Part shown: positions 47,105 through 60,332 of the stretch, piece after piece
How positions within the stretch are numbered: the first letter of the stretch is position 1
Layout of the letters: every line of letters starts with the position of its first letter
Source of the DNA: an uncultured Thermoleophilia bacterium
GTDB lineage: Bacteria; Actinomycetota; Thermoleophilia; UBA2241
Length of the DNA stretch: 64,000 nucleotides
Direction: 5' to 3'
Assembly (NCBI GenBank): GCA_963798285.1
Contig: CAWCSR010000003.1
Location: 947,268 to 1,011,267, forward strand
Translations under genes and position numbers: made by a program
Notes under the pieces: model-generated
The model's database searches: none
Told to the model about the DNA's origin: nothing
Seen by the model: the letters and a program-made list of their open reading frames with translations, nothing else

Positions 47105-48581
47105 TACAGTCCGAGCACGCGGCGCGGGTCGGGGTGGCCGGAGATGCCGAGCTCGGCGGCGCAGCGGTCGATGAGCCCGACGAGCTCGTCCAGGGTGTCC
47201 GCCGGGAAGCCCGACCGGCTCGCGGCCGGCGAGCTCCGCGGCCCTGTCGGAGGCCAGGTCGACAAGCCCCGCGCGCCCGGAGGAGAGCCAGTCGCCCAGC
47301 CCGCCCCGGTAGCTGAGCAGCGGGCTGACGAACTCGCGGCGGATGTAGTGGCGCGTGTGCTTGGTACCGAGGAACCCGCGCCCGGAGAGCGCGCCGTCGA
47401 CCATGGCGTCGACGTCGAGCGCGTCCACGTCCCACGGCCGCGGCGTGAGGGCGTAGCGCACGTTGTTCAGCACCTCGTCGTCGATGACCAGCACCTCGAG
47501 GCAGCTGGCGACACCGGCCTGGATCTCGCCGATGCCCGACAGGAGGCGCGGCTTGGGCGCCAAGCCGAGCAACGCGTTGACGGCGCGCTCGTAGCCGAAC
47601 TGGGCGTCGACGACCTTGCTGTCGCTGCAGGGCCCGTAGCAGTCACAGGCGAGACCGCAGCGGCGCGCGAGGAGCACCGCGGCGGCCGAGGCCACGCCGG
47701 TCTCGGGCGTGCCGCTGACGACGACGCCGCTGCGCGGGTCCACGGCGCTGAGCCGTGGCCCGTAGTAGACCGGCGTTCCCGGAGCCGCCGCCTGGGTGAG
47801 CACGACGCCGGCGAGCACCTCGGCGTGCTGCTGGGCGATCGCGGCCGAGAGCGCGCCGGGTGCTGTGGTGGCGGCGGCGGGGCACGGCAGGATCTCCACG
47901 GCGACGCCGCCGCGGCGGACCTGTGAGGTGAGCGCGTCGGAGACGTCGCCGCCGAGGATCAGCGGGCTCACGGGCGAGAAGGCGAGGTCGATCGGGTACA
48001 CCCCGCCCTCGCCGTCGGCCCCGGTGACCGCCTGCGCCATCTCCTGCAGGTAGAGCGCCTGGAACGGATGCGAGATGCCGGGGCCACCGATCGCCTTGTC
48101 GGTCTCGTGCGCGAGGATCAGGTACGAGTACAGCGGCTCGAGGAGGTCCGGCACGTCCTCCGGCTGCCAGAGTGACGTCACCTGCTGCTGGTGCACGAGG
48201 TTGTGCATGATGCGGGTCGCGAGGACCTGGTCGCGCAGCGTGGCCCTGCGTCCGGCGCCGGTGCGCGGGTCGACTCACGTCGCGCGCCCCGCCCATGTTG
48301 TGCACGTAAGTCACGCCGGGGTCCGGGTCCATGGTGAGCGAGCGCTCGGGGTCGCGCGCGGCCAGCACGTACTCGCGCGGGCAGACGGCCAGCGCCTCGT
48401 TGACCGCCGCTCGAGGGATCGCCAGGCGATCCTCACCGGCGGGCGTGCAGCCGGCCGCGAGCAGCAACTCGCGCGCGGCCGGCGACTCGACGCGCACGCC
48501 GGCGCGCTCCAGCAAGGCGAGCGCCGCCAGGTGCATCGCCTCGATCGCTTCGTCGGGCCAGATCGCGGCGGGCTCGGTCAT
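47105..48581 (-). CDS. MttB-superfamily (trimethylamine methyltransferase-like, non-Pyl) methyltransferase; about two frameshifts
   Basis: MttB-family TIM-barrel segments (…LLERAGVRVESPAARELL…; …GGDVSDALTSQ…AAPGTPVYYGP…) are spread over frames. No in-frame amber codon was noted. Confidence 0.65.
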
Positions 48582-48621
48582 GCAGCGTCATCCTCTCGTC
48601 TCTCTCGTGTGTGGTGCATCG

Positions 48622-50509
48622 TCACGCGTCATCCACCATCTTCGGTCGCCGGCGAAGCAGCGCGAAGCCGGCGACGGCGGCGGCGACCAGCAGGAACACC
48701 ACCGCCCACACCCAGGCCTTGGACGCCGGGGGCTGAACGGGCGCCCCACGCAGGGGGCGCAGGTCGATGTAGGTGGTGCGAAGCTGGTTCCAGAACGGGG
48801 CTCCGTCACTGGACGGCGCCGGAGTGTACCCGGTCCAGTGGTCGGTGCGGAACGCCTGGAGGTTCACGTTGTACCAGAGGACCACGTACGGGTCGTCGCG
48901 GTACAGGATCTTCTGCATCTCGTCGGTGATCGCCTTGCGCTGCGTGACGTCGTCGGGATGAGCTGGGTCGACCGCCTTCGCCTGACGGACGTACAGGCGG
49001 TCGTAGTCGGCGCTGGAGTACTGGCTGTCGCTCCAGCCCATGATCTGCCGGGTGGTGAACGTGCTCAGGATGAACCCCGGGTCCACGTCCCCTCCCCAGC
49101 TCCAGACGAAGAGGTCGTAGTCGGCGTCGTCGAAGATCGCAGCGCTGAACGCGGCCTCGTCCATCTCCTGCAACTGCAGGCGGATACCCACGTCGCGGCA
49201 CCAGCCGACGATCATCCGGGCCGCGGTCAGGTCCTCGGGGTACTCGTCCAGGGCGGCCAGCCGGAACGACAACTCGTGGCCGGCCGCGTCCTCGCGTACT
49301 CCGTCGCCGTCGCGGTCGGTGTAGCCGGCGTCCTCGAGGATCTGCTTGGCGCGCTGCGGATCGTAGCGGTACTGGGCGTCCTTGGGGACGTCCCAGTGCC
49401 AGTCGGCCTGAGCGGTCGAGATCAGAGAAGTGGCCGGCTCGACCAGCCCGGCCATGGCCGTCTCGACGATCTGACGCTTGTCGATGGCCCAGTGGACGGC
49501 CCGACGGATGGACGCGTCGCGCAGCAGCGGGTTGCCCTTGCTCCGCGCGCTGTCCCAGCAGTTGAAGCCGAGCTCGTGGAACCCGATCGCCGGCGCCGCG
49601 ACCGTACGCGTTCCCGGCATGGCGGCGTAGCGCTGTCCATAGGTGGCCGGGAAGCCCACGACGGCGTCGAGCGCGCCCGAGCGGTACTCCTCGGCGAGCT
49701 CGTCGGCCGTCCGGCCGACGACGAAGGTGACCGTGCGGAGGTTCGGCGCGCCGCCGAGGGCGGCCGGGTAGTCGGTGTTGGCCGCCAGCCGCACCTGCAC
49801 GCCCTTCTCGACGCTCTCGACGCGGAACGGCCCCGACCCGACGAACGGCAGGTTGCTGAACTCGCCCAGCCGGTCGGGGTCGACCTTCTCCCAGATGTGC
49901 CTGGGCAGGATCGGGATGGCGAGCGCGAGCATGCCGGCGCTCGGCCTGCTGGTCGTGATCACCAGCGTCGCGTCGTCCGCTGCGGTGACGGACGTGACGC
50001 CGGTCAGGTACTGGATGTACGCGGGCTGCCGCGTGTCGAGGATGAGGTTGTACGTGAAGGCGACGTCGCCGGCCGTGAGCGGCACGCCGTCCTGCCACTT
50101 CATCCCCTGCCGGATGTGGAAGGTCCACGTGAGGCCGTCATCGGAGCTCTCCCAGCTGGTCGCGATGTCCGGGGCCGGATGGTAGTCGGCGTCGTACCAG
50201 GTCAGAAAGTCATAGCCGAGCCGGAAGCTCTCCCAGGAGACCGAGCTCCACGAGCTGAACGGGTTCACGCCGTCGACGTCCTGCGAGATGCCGATGCGGT
50301 AGCCGAGCGTCTCGGGCGAACCGGCCGCAGCCGGAGCCGCAGAAGCAGCGGCGAGGCGGCGTCGAGGCGGCGGGAGACGATGCGAGCGCCGCGAGCACGC
50401 CGGCCAGCAGCACGACGGCGAGCGCGACCGCCGCCAGGGACGGCGGCGGCAACACGCGCCTGCGCGCCGTCACGCCGCCGCTGACTCTCATGTGCACGCT
50501 CCTTCGCAT
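48622..50509 (-). CDS. ABC transporter substrate-binding protein, family 5, with C-terminal TM anchor (N-terminal region frameshifted)
   Basis: SBP_bac_5 core. C-terminal …ASKAWVWAVVFLLVAAAVAGFALLRRRPK. The signal peptide (MRVSGGVTARRRVLPPPSLAAVALAVVLLAGVLAA) lies in another frame. Confidence 0.7.
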
Positions 50510-50575
50510 GTCCGAACGTAGGCCGGCCGGGGCGGTGAGCGCCTTGCGGCCCCACCGCCCCGGCCGGCCCTCTCT

Positions 50576-51613
50576 CTATCTGATCCTGAGGCAGGCGGCG
50601 TAGTGGTCGCCGCCGATGTGGACGTCCTCCGGGTCGATCTCGCTGCAGGCGTCGATCGCCTCCGGGCAGCGCGGGTGGAAGCGGCAGCCCGAGGGGATGT
50701 CGACCGGGTTCGGGGTCTCGCCCTTGAGGATGACGTGCTCGCGCTTGGCCAGCGGGTCCGGCACCGGGATCACGCTGATCAGCGCCTTGGTGTACGGGTG
50801 CTGCGGGTTGGCCACGACTTCCTCGGTGTCGCCGATCTCGACGATGCGGCCGAGGTACATCACGGCGATGCGGTCGCTGATCACCCAGGCCAGCGAGAGG
50901 TCGTGGGTGATGAAGATGTACGTGACGCCGAGCTTCTCCTTCTGCTCGACCATCAGCTTGAGGATGTCGTTGCGGATGGAGACGTCGAGGGAGGCCACCG
51001 GCTCGTCGGCGACGATCACGTCGGGCTCGAGCACCGTGGCGCCGGCGATGCAGACGCGCTGCCGCTGCCCGCCGGAGAGCTCGTGCGGGTAGCGGTACAG
51101 GTACTCGGTCGCCGGCCGCAGGCCGGCCTCGTTGATCGCCTTGATGACCCGCTCTTCCTTCTCGCGCTCGCTCGAGCAGATGCCGTTGACCTCGAGCGGC
51201 TCGGCGACGATGTCGAAGATCGTCTGCTTGGGATTGATGGAGTTGTACGGGTCCTGGAAGATGATCTGCGCCTTCTTGCGGTACTCGCGCAGCTCCTTGC
51301 CGCTGAACTTCTCGACCGGCATGCCCTTGTAGATGATCTCGCCGCCGGTGGCCTCCTCGAGGCGCAGGAGGGTGCGGCCGGTGGTCGTCTTGCCGCAGCC
51401 CGACTCGCCGACCAGGGCGAGGATCTCGCCCTGCATGACCTGGAAGGAGATGTGGTCGACCGCCTTCACGTACTTCTTCTCGGTGGAGACCATGCTCTTG
51501 AAGAAGCCCTGCTGGATCGGGAAGTAGACCTCGAGGTCCTTGATGTCGAAGAGGACCTCGCCGGTCTCCGGCGCCAGCTTGAGCTCCGGACGCTCGGCCT
51601 GCTCGGTGGCCAT
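50576..51613 (-). CDS. oligopeptide/dipeptide ABC transporter ATP-binding protein (OppF/DppF-like)
   Basis: Walker [10 protein letters not shown], signature [12 protein letters not shown], Walker B VIVADEP, and a C-terminal oligopeptide-ABC extension. Intact. Confidence 0.85.
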   Translation of the reverse strand: MATEQAERPELKLAPETGEVLFDIKDLEVYFPIQQGFFKSMVSTEKKYVKAVDHISFQVMQGEILALVGESGCGKTTTGRTLLRLEEATGGEIIYKGMPVEKFSGKELREYRKKAQIIFQDPYNSINPKQTIFDIVAEPLEVNGICSSEREKEERVIKAINEAGLRPATEYLYRYPHELSGGQRQRVCIAGATVLEPDVIVADEPVASLDVSIRNDILKLMVEQKEKLGVTYIFITHDLSLAWVISDRIAVMYLGRIVEIGDTEEVVANPQHPYTKALISVIPVPDPLAKREHVILKGETPNPVDIPSGCRFHPRCPEAIDACSEIDPEDVHIGGDHYAACLRIR

Positions 51614-51615
51614 CG

Positions 51616-52709
<1,094 letters not shown>

Positions 52710-52710
<1 letters not shown>

Positions 52711-54259
52711 GGTGGCCATCAGTCCTCCCCCTCCTCGTCGTCGGCGATGTGGCCGCCGACCCAGCCGCCGCCCTCGGGGCGGCCGATGGAGCCGCCGGCC
52801 GGCTTGTCGAAGTCGGGCATGGCGTCGTCGGTCTGCTGACCGGGCGTGAAGATGCCCGCGCCGCCGCCCATGCCGGCGCCGCCGGCAACCGCGACGGCCG
52901 GCTCGATTGCGAGCCGAGAAGCGGCTCTCGCTGGTGCTGTCCTCGCGCTTGCGCAGCTTGGGATCGAGCACTTCGTCGTACGCCGTGCCGATGAAGGTGA
53001 AGGCGAGCACGACGAGGATGATGGCGATGCCCGGCGGCAGCAGGTACCACCACGCCGGCAGACCGGCGGCGCCGTTCACCCAGGCGTAGTGGAGCATGGT
53101 GCCCCAGCTGAAGTTGAGCGGGTCGCCGAGGCCGAGGAACGAGAGCGTCGTCTCCGAGAGGATGGCGATGGCCACGACGAGCACCAGGTTGGCGAAGATG
53201 AGCGGCATCACGTTGGGCAGCACGTGCTTGGTCATGATGTGCCGGTTGCTCGAGCCGATCGCCTTGGCGCGCTCGATGAAGCTCAGCTCACGCACGCGCA
53301 GCACGTCCGAACGCACGACGCGTGCGGTGCCCGGCCAGCTGGTGATGCCGATGATCAGGATGATCATCCAGTAGTTCTGGCCCCAGGCGGCGGCAAGCAC
53401 CATCGCTAACGGCAGCCACGGGATGACCAGGAACGCGTCGGTTAAGCGCATCCATCCTTCGCCTTGCCAGCCTCCGTAGAAGCCGGCGGCGATGCCGATG
53501 CCGGCGCCGAGGACGGTGGACATGAACGCGGCGAGCAGACCGACCATGAGCGAGATGCGCGCGCTCCAGATGAACTGGGCGAGCACGCTCTGGCCCACCT
53601 GGTCGGTGCCGAACCAGTTGTAGTAGTAAACGGTCGGCGGGTGGTACGGGCCGTAGAGCTGACCCGTGGCGGGGTCCTTGGTCTGCGCGTTGGGGTCGAG
53701 CAGCGCGTGGTCGGCGAGGAACGGAGCCAGCAGCGCCATCAGCATGAAGAAGACGAGGATGCTGAGGCCGACCATGCCCTGCCAGTTGCCGCGATAGAGC
53801 TTCCACACCTGGTGCGTGTTCCACGTGGTGAGCTCTGCCCGCTCGGGATTGCCCGACCGCCCAGAACCAGACGCAGAGCCCGCCGATGATGACGGCGACG
53901 GTCTGGAGGGCCCAGTTGTAGCTGATGGAGTTGGTGCTCCCCGAGAAGCCGCCGAAGCCGCCGCCGGCGAGCACGCCCCAGACGAGAAGCACGAAGCCCT
54001 CGACGAGGAGCATGACGTTGAAGAGCACGGCCTTGCTCCTGCGCACGAGGCCGACGATGCCGGCGGCCGCGCAGATGACCGCCAGGAGCAGCATCACCCA
54101 GGCCGGGTAGCCGCCTACGCTGGCGGAGAAGAAGCCCTTGATCACCGCCGAGAAGCCGCTGGTGATCGGCACTGTCTTCGGATACGTGAGCAGCTCGAGG
54201 ACGACCCAGACGACGATCGTCCAGAAGATGACCCAGTTCCGGAAGCGACGGGGGATCAT
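52710..54259 (-). CDS. ABC transporter permease (OppC/DppC-like) with about 180-aa N-terminal TM extension and a Gly/Ala/acidic C-terminal tail; frameshifts
   Basis: Core permease …WQGMVGLSILVFFMLMALLAPFLA… plus EAA-like loop. N-terminal extension MIPRRFRNWVIFWTIVVWVVLELL…. ATGA overlap with oppB. Confidence 0.7.
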
Positions 54260-55224
54260 GCCTGCACCCTTGGGTCGAGGTAGTAGTACATGATGTCGGC
54301 GATGAGGTTGGCGACGATCACCGCGATGCTGGCGATGAGGAACACCGCCTGCATCACCGGGTAGTCGCGCTTCTGCATCGAGTCGTAGGAGAGCAGCCCC
54401 AGGCCGGGCCAGTTGAACACGCTCTCCGCGAGGATCGCGCCCGACATCACGAAGCCGAGGTTCATCATGACGATGGTGACCGTCGGCAGCATCGCGTTGG
54501 GGACCACGTGGCGCCAGAGGACCGCGTTCTCGCTCAGGCCTTTGGCGCGGGCGGTGAGCGCGAAGTCCTCCTTCATCACACCGGTGATGGAGCTGCGCAT
54601 GATGAGGTGGTACTCACCCACGTAAGCGATGGCGAAGGTGAACGCCGGCAGGAACAGGTGCCTCATCAGCGACTCGAAGGAGGCGAAGCCGCTGAGCTCC
54701 ACACCGGGTTCCTCCATACGCCCCGTCGGGAACCAGCGGAGCTTGGTGGCGAACAGCATGATCATCAGCAGGCCGAACCAGAACGTCGGCATGGCGTACA
54801 GGATCATCCCTAAGTTCGTGCTCACAACGTCGTAGGTGCCGTTGCGTCTCCACCCCGCGAAGACCCCCATGATCATGCCCACGACCGTGGCGAAGACCGT
54901 CCCCACCCCCACGAGAAGGAGGGTGGGCCAGATGCGCTCGGCGACGACTTCGGTGACGGGGCGTTTCTCGGAGAAGGACATGCCGAACTTGCCCTGCACG
55001 GTGTCGCGCCAGTAGTAGATGAACTGCTGCCACATCGGCTTGTCGAGGTTGAACGTCTTGCGCTGACGCTCGATGACCGACGGGTCTGTCTTCCCCTTGG
55101 GGAGAAGGAGCCGGGCGGGATCGCCCGGGAGGATGCGGAAGAGCGCGAAGTTGAACGAGGCCACGAGGATGATCGTGAGGACCGCGTTCAGGACCTTTCG
55201 GATGAAGTACCTTCGTTTATCCAC
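54256..55224 (-). CDS. ABC transporter permease (OppB/DppB-like)
   Basis: MDKRRYFIRKVLNAVLTIILVASFNFALFRILPGDP… Typical OppB N-terminus and 6 TM segments. Intact. Confidence 0.85.
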   Translation of the reverse strand: MDKRRYFIRKVLNAVLTIILVASFNFALFRILPGDPARLLLPKGKTDPSVIERQRKTFNLDKPMWQQFIYYWRDTVQGKFGMSFSEKRPVTEVVAERIWPTLLLVGVGTVFATVVGMIMGVFAGWRRNGTYDVVSTNLGMILYAMPTFWFGLLMIMLFATKLRWFPTGRMEEPGVELSGFASFESLMRHLFLPAFTFAIAYVGEYHLIMRSSITGVMKEDFALTARAKGLSENAVLWRHVVPNAMLPTVTIVMMNLGFVMSGAILAESVFNWPGLGLLSYDSMQKRDYPVMQAVFLIASIAVIVANLIADIMYYYLDPRVQA

Positions 55225-55547
55225 TGCATTCGCGGGTCCCGCGCGCCCGGCCCCGAGCGCGTGCGGACCCTTGCCTCCTTCTCACATCCGTCGTTGCCGG
55301 ACCCCTCGAACCTGTGGTGCTGACGCCGTGGTGGACGACTCCGAACGGAGCCTCGGGAGATTAGACGGTACCGGCGCGCCGTTCCGTCGGCCGCGCCGGG
55401 AATCGGCGGCCGTGGCGGTGACGATGTGCCTGAAGGACGGGCGACTCGCCGTGACTGACCCCCCAGCCGGCCCGGCCATTTCGCGGAGCGCGAAGGCCGG
55501 GCTAGGGAGTCAGGATAGTCGGCGCGGGGAGGCGCGGCAAGGAGGGG

Positions 55548-56661
55548 CTACGCCCCGGGGAGCCGCGCCTCGCGACCGGCTCGCCGCAGGACGCCGACCA
55601 GGCGGTCGAGCGGCAGCTCGTAGGCGACGTTGCCGTTGCGACCCACCGTGGTGGTGGCGGCGGTGAGCGAGTTGCACGACGCTCTCCGCCGTGGCGTCCA
55701 CGGCCGCCTCGAAGAGTCCGTACATGTGGTCGTTGGAGACGGAGGTGAGCGCCAGAGGCTCGGCGGACTCACGCGGCACGCGGAGCGCGGTGCTGAACGC
55801 GAGCATGATCTCGCCGCTGCCGTCCGAGGCGTACGACCCCGTCGCCGCCAGGCCGAGCGCGCAGCGCTTGGCCATGCGCTCGCACTGCCGGGCGCTGAGC
55901 GGCGCGTCGGTGGCGAGGACGACGATGCACGAACCCTCGCGGTTCTCGAGCGGCATGAGGTCGGTGATCTCGCGCCCGACGGGCACCCCGTCGATGTTCA
56001 GGCGGTGGCGCACGCCGAAGTTGGTCAGCGCGAGCACGCCCACGGTCCAGTCACGCCCGTGGGCAGAGACGACCCGCGACGAGGTACCGATGCCGGACTT
56101 GAAGTCGAAGCACGACATGCCGGTGCCGGCCCCGACGCAGCCTTCGGCCACAGGTCCGTCCGAGGCGCCGTCCAGCGCGGCCCGGACGTGCTCTTCGCGC
56201 ACGTGCATGCCGCGCAGGTCGTTGAGGAACCCGTCGTCGCACTCGCCGACGACGGGCATCACGGCGTCCTCGACGCCGCCCCGTGGCTCGCGCTCGAGCA
56301 GCCAGCGCACGGCGGCGTCGTAGACGGCGCCGGCGCTCTGCGAGTTGGTGAGCAGGACCGGCGTCTCGAGAAGGCCCCACTCGCGCACGGAACTGATGCC
56401 GATGAGCTCACCGACGCCGTTGGCGGCGTACGCGCCGGCGACGACGCGCTCGTGCCAGAGGTCGCCATTGTGCGGGAAGATCGCGGTGACGCCCGTGCGG
56501 GCGGGCCCGCTGCCGTTCGGCAGCCCGAGCCCGCCCCACGAGACTGTACAGTGGCCGACGCGCACGCCGGGCACGTCGGTGATCGCGTTGAGCGGCCCGG
56601 CCGGCAGCCCGCCGACGGCGACGCCGAGGTCGCGCAGGCGGCAGCGCTCCGGCGCGGCCAC
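55548..56661 (-). CDS. DmpA/S58-family (P1) aminopeptidase (frameshifted at ~55690)
   Basis: …ITDVPGVRVGHCT…TGVTAI…; Ntn-hydrolase DmpA-like. Confidence 0.65.
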
Positions 56662-56665
56662 TCGT

Positions 56666-57480
56666 CTACTCCAGGATGCCGGCGCGGTGAGCCTTGAGGT
56701 ACGCGCCGCAGAAGTTGTCCTCGCCGCGAAGCGCCTCGATGGACTTGATGGTGGCCATCATCTGCTTGTTGCGCACGTCGACGATCAGGCCGTCGAGGCC
56801 GAGGCCCGCGCACATCGCCACGAAGGTGCGGTTGAGCAGGGCGCGGTTCGGCAGGCCGAAGCTCACGTTGCTGAGGCCGCCGGTGGTGCGCACAGGCAGG
56901 CGCTCCTTGACCAGCTTGAGCGTCTCCATGGTGATGCCGGGCGCGCTCGGGTCGGCCGAGACGGCCATGACCAGCGGGTCGATCCAGAGGTCCTCGGCCG
57001 GCAGGCCGGCGCCGATGCAGAGGTCGAAGATCTGCTTGGCGACGGCGAAGCGGTCCTCGGCGGTCGGCGGGATGCCCTCATCGCTCAGGCACAGGCCGAC
57101 GACGGGGCACTTGTACTTCTCGATCATGCGGCAGCACGGCGTCGATGCGCGGCTGCTCGCCGCTGATCGAGTTGATGAACGGCACCTTGCCGCCCGCGTC
57201 GACGATGGCCTGCACGCCGGCGTCGAGCGCCTTGGGGTTGGCGGAGTCGACCATGAGCTGCATGTCGGTGACGCCCATCACGATGTCGATGAGCCAGAGC
57301 AGGTCGGCTACTTCGTCGCCGCCGGCGACGCCGCCGTTGACGTCGATGAGACCGGCGCCGGCGTCGATCTGATCCTTGGCCAGGGTCTTGATGAACTCGG
57401 CATCGCGCGCCTGGATCGCCTCGGCGACCTGCTTGCGCGTCCCGTTGATCGATTCACCCATCAACAGCATTTGAACAACC
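56666..57480 (-). CDS. pterin-binding methyltransferase, MtrH/AcsE/MtgA-like (methyl-tetrahydrofolate:corrinoid methyltransferase family); frameshifted at ~57110
   Basis: ATG after GGAGG. MLLMGESINGTRKQV… and …GGLSNVSFGLPNR… match the DHPS-like pterin-binding signature of MeTr/MetH. Confidence 0.65.
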
Positions 57481-57606
57481 TCCACGACGGTTTCCCGGGA
57501 CGGACGACTGTGAGTATATGCGAAGTTTTGTGCGCCGAGGAACCTGGGCGGTGGATCAGGGATGACGAGGGGCGGACGGCGCCGGGCGAGCCGGCCGGGC
57601 GGACGG

Positions 57607-57846
57607 TCAGACGCCCTCGGGGGGCGGGACGATCCAGTCGGGACGGCGTCGGCGCCGGTCGGAGGCGCGCCGCTCGCGCTCGCCCGGGCCACGCGGGTCG
57701 CGGCGCCGTTCGCCCACGCGCCGGTCGATGCGGACCTCGACGCCGTCGCGCCCGTCGAAGAGCCCGATGAATCGGTGGTACAGCCGCTCGCGCAGCGGTC
57801 CCGTCACGAAGAGCACGTGCCGCTCTGAATCCGGGTCTCCGGCCAT
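57607..57846 (-). CDS. hypothetical small Arg-rich protein
   Basis: MAGDPDSERHVLFVTGPLRERLYHRFIGLFDGRDGVEV…; 79 aa. No family recognised. This may be a non-coding GC artefact. Confidence 0.25.
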   Translation of the reverse strand: MAGDPDSERHVLFVTGPLRERLYHRFIGLFDGRDGVEVRIDRRVGERRRDPRGPGERERRASDRRRRRPDWIVPPPEGV

Positions 57847-57919
57847 ACACACAGTGTACCCCCGGCAACGGAGGGGTGGCACGGGATCGGGCGTGGCTGG
57901 GGCTCGCCACACGGCGCGC

Positions 57920-59363
57920 TCAGCCGTAGGTGACGTAGACCGTCTTGGTGCGCGTGTAGAAGTCGAGCGCCGCCGGCCCCTGCTCCTTGAATGTGTTGGC
58001 GCTCGACTGCTTGAAACCGCCGAACGGCGCCTGCAGGGCGAGGCCGGTGGTGGGCTCGTTCACCTTGACCACGCCGGCCTCGATGCGGTCGACGAAGGTC
58101 ATGGCGCGCCGCAGGTCGTTGGTGACGACGGCGGCGGCGAGGCCGTAGCCGACGGCGTTGGCCTTGAAGATGGCGTCGTCGAGGTCCCTCGCCCGGACGA
58201 TGCCGACCACCGGGCCGAAGATCTCCTCCTGCGCGAGGCGGCTGTGGACGTCGACGCCGTCGAACACGGTGGGCCGCAGGAAGTGACCGCCGTCGCCGGC
58301 GCGGCCGCCGCCGGCGAGCAGCTCGGCGCCGTCCTCGCTGCCGATGCGCACGTAGTCCAGGTCGGTCTCCAGCTGCTCCTCGCTCACGGCCGGACCCATC
58401 TGCACGCCTTCTTCGAGACCGTCACCGACGTTCAGGGCGTTGGCGGCCTCGGCGAGCGCGGCGGCGAACCTGGTCGGCGATCCCATCCTCCACGATCACG
58501 CGGCTGGTGGCGGTGCAGCTCTGGCCGGTGAGGCCGAAGCCGCCCATGACGGCCAGCCTGACGGCCAGCCCCAGGTCGGCGTCGTCGAGCACGATGGTGG
58601 GGTTCTTGCCGCCCATCTCGAGCTGGACGCGCGCGAAGTGCTCCGTCGCCCGCGCGTAGATGCGCGTGCCGGTATCGTGCGAGCCCGTGAAGGTCAGCCC
58701 GCTCACGATCGGATCGCCGGCGAGGGCCCCGCCGACCACCGACCCGGAGCCGGTGACGAAGTTGAGGACGCCGGCCGGCAGGCCGGCGTCCACGAGGCAC
58801 TCGACGAGGCGCAGGGCCGTGAGCGGCGTCGGCGACGCCGGCTTGAAGACGACGGCGTTGCCGTAGACGAGCGCCGGCGCGATCTTCCAGGCCGGGATGG
58901 CGATGGGGAAGTTCCACGGCGTGATCGCCGCGACCACGCCGAGCGGCTCGCGGCGGCTGAAGAGCATGGCGTTCGGCGCGTTGGGCGGCAGGACGTCGCC
59001 GCCCAGCCGCCAGCCCTCGCCGCCGAAGTAGCGCAGGATGTCGCGCGCGCGGACGACCTCGCCGGTCGCCTCCGCAAGCGTCTTGCCCTCTTCGCGCGTG
59101 AGCGTGCGCGCGACCTCGTCCAGGCGCTCGGTGAGCAGCTCGGCCGCCCTGAAGAGGATGGCGCCGCGCGCCGGAGCAGGCGTGGCCGCCCACGCGGGGA
59201 ACGCCTCCGCGGCGGCCGCGGCCGCCTGCGCCGCGTCCGCGGCGGTCGCGCTCGGGAACACGGCGAGGACCTCCTCGGCGCAGGCCGGGTTCCTCGTCTC
59301 GAAGCTCGCGTGGTCGCTCGCACCGACCCACTTGCCGCCGATCAGGTTCCTGCACGTCTCCAT
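57920..59363 (-). CDS. aldehyde dehydrogenase (second paralog; frameshifted at ~58470)
   Basis: …AITPWNFPIAIPAWKIAPALVYGNAVVFKP…ELGGKNP…GQSCTATSRV… then, in another frame, …EEIFGPVV…. Confidence 0.8.
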
Positions 59364-59492
59364 CGTCCACCCCGCCGTCTTGATGTCGTGAACCCACGTG
59401 GCGCAACGATACTACGGACCTCACGCGCCGCGGCCGTGTTGGCCGCGGATGCCGGCCGGGGACGCGAACGGCGGACGAGGCCCGCCCGTGCC

Positions 59493-60332
59493 TCAGCCCG
59501 GGAGTGGGACCAGCGCCCGGTCCGAGATCCGCAGGGTCTCGCGATAGCCGGCGGCCCGCGCGTGCGCGATGGCCTCGTCCCACAGCCGTCCCACGTGAGC
59601 GGCCTCGTGCGCGTCTGAGTCGATGGTCAGCGGGATGGCGCGCTCGCGTGCCGCGCGAAGGATCTCCACCGACGGATACATCACCCCGGCGGGGTCGCTG
59701 ACGCGGTCACTGTTGAGCTCGATCGCGGCGCCAGACGCGGCCAGCCCGTCCAGGGCGGCGCCGATCTCCGGCTGCACCGCCGGACCCGGGCGGTGACCCC
59801 ACAGCCCGATGTAATCGAAGTGGGCGAGGATGTCGAAGCGGCCGTACTCCGCCGCCGCGCGCAGGACGCGGTAGTAGGCGGCGAGCAGCGCGCCGACGTC
59901 GTCCCAGCGGGGATCGGCGCGCAGTGAAGGATCGTCGAAGACGAACCCGTCCACGACGTGCACGCCGAGCACCACGAACTGGAACGGCCAGGCGTCGAGC
60001 AGCCGGTCCAGCTCGGCTTCGTGACCGGGCTCGTACTCGGCCTCGAGCCCGAGGAGCACGGTGATCTCCGGGTGCCGCGCGGCGGCCGCGAGGACGTCCT
60101 CACAGTAGGCCGCCATACGCCCGGGCTGCACCCACCAGTGCTCGTCCGGCCCGGGCGTGGGCGAGATGTGGTCGGCTATGCCGATCTCGGGCAGCCCGGC
60201 GGCCACGGCGGCGAGCACGCACTCCTCCACCGTCCCGGCGCCGTCCGACCAGACGGTGTGCACGTGGTAGTCCCCCGGAAGAGCGCCGACGCCGGCCGAG
60301 CCGTCGTGGGTCCGGCCGGCCGCGGTCGTCAT
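59493..60332 (-). CDS. PHP-domain phosphoesterase (histidinol-phosphatase HisK-like)
   Basis: GDYHVHTVWSDGAGTVEE… PHP metal-binding motifs. ATGA overlap with the upstream SBP stop. Confidence 0.65.
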   Translation of the reverse strand: MTTAAGRTHDGSAGVGALPGDYHVHTVWSDGAGTVEECVLAAVAAGLPEIGIADHISPTPGPDEHWWVQPGRMAAYCEDVLAAAARHPEITVLLGLEAEYEPGHEAELDRLLDAWPFQFVVLGVHVVDGFVFDDPSLRADPRWDDVGALLAAYYRVLRAAAEYGRFDILAHFDYIGLWGHRPGPAVQPEIGAALDGLAASGAAIELNSDRVSDPAGVMYPSVEILRAARERAIPLTIDSDAHEAAHVGRLWDEAIAHARAAGYRETLRISDRALVPLPG

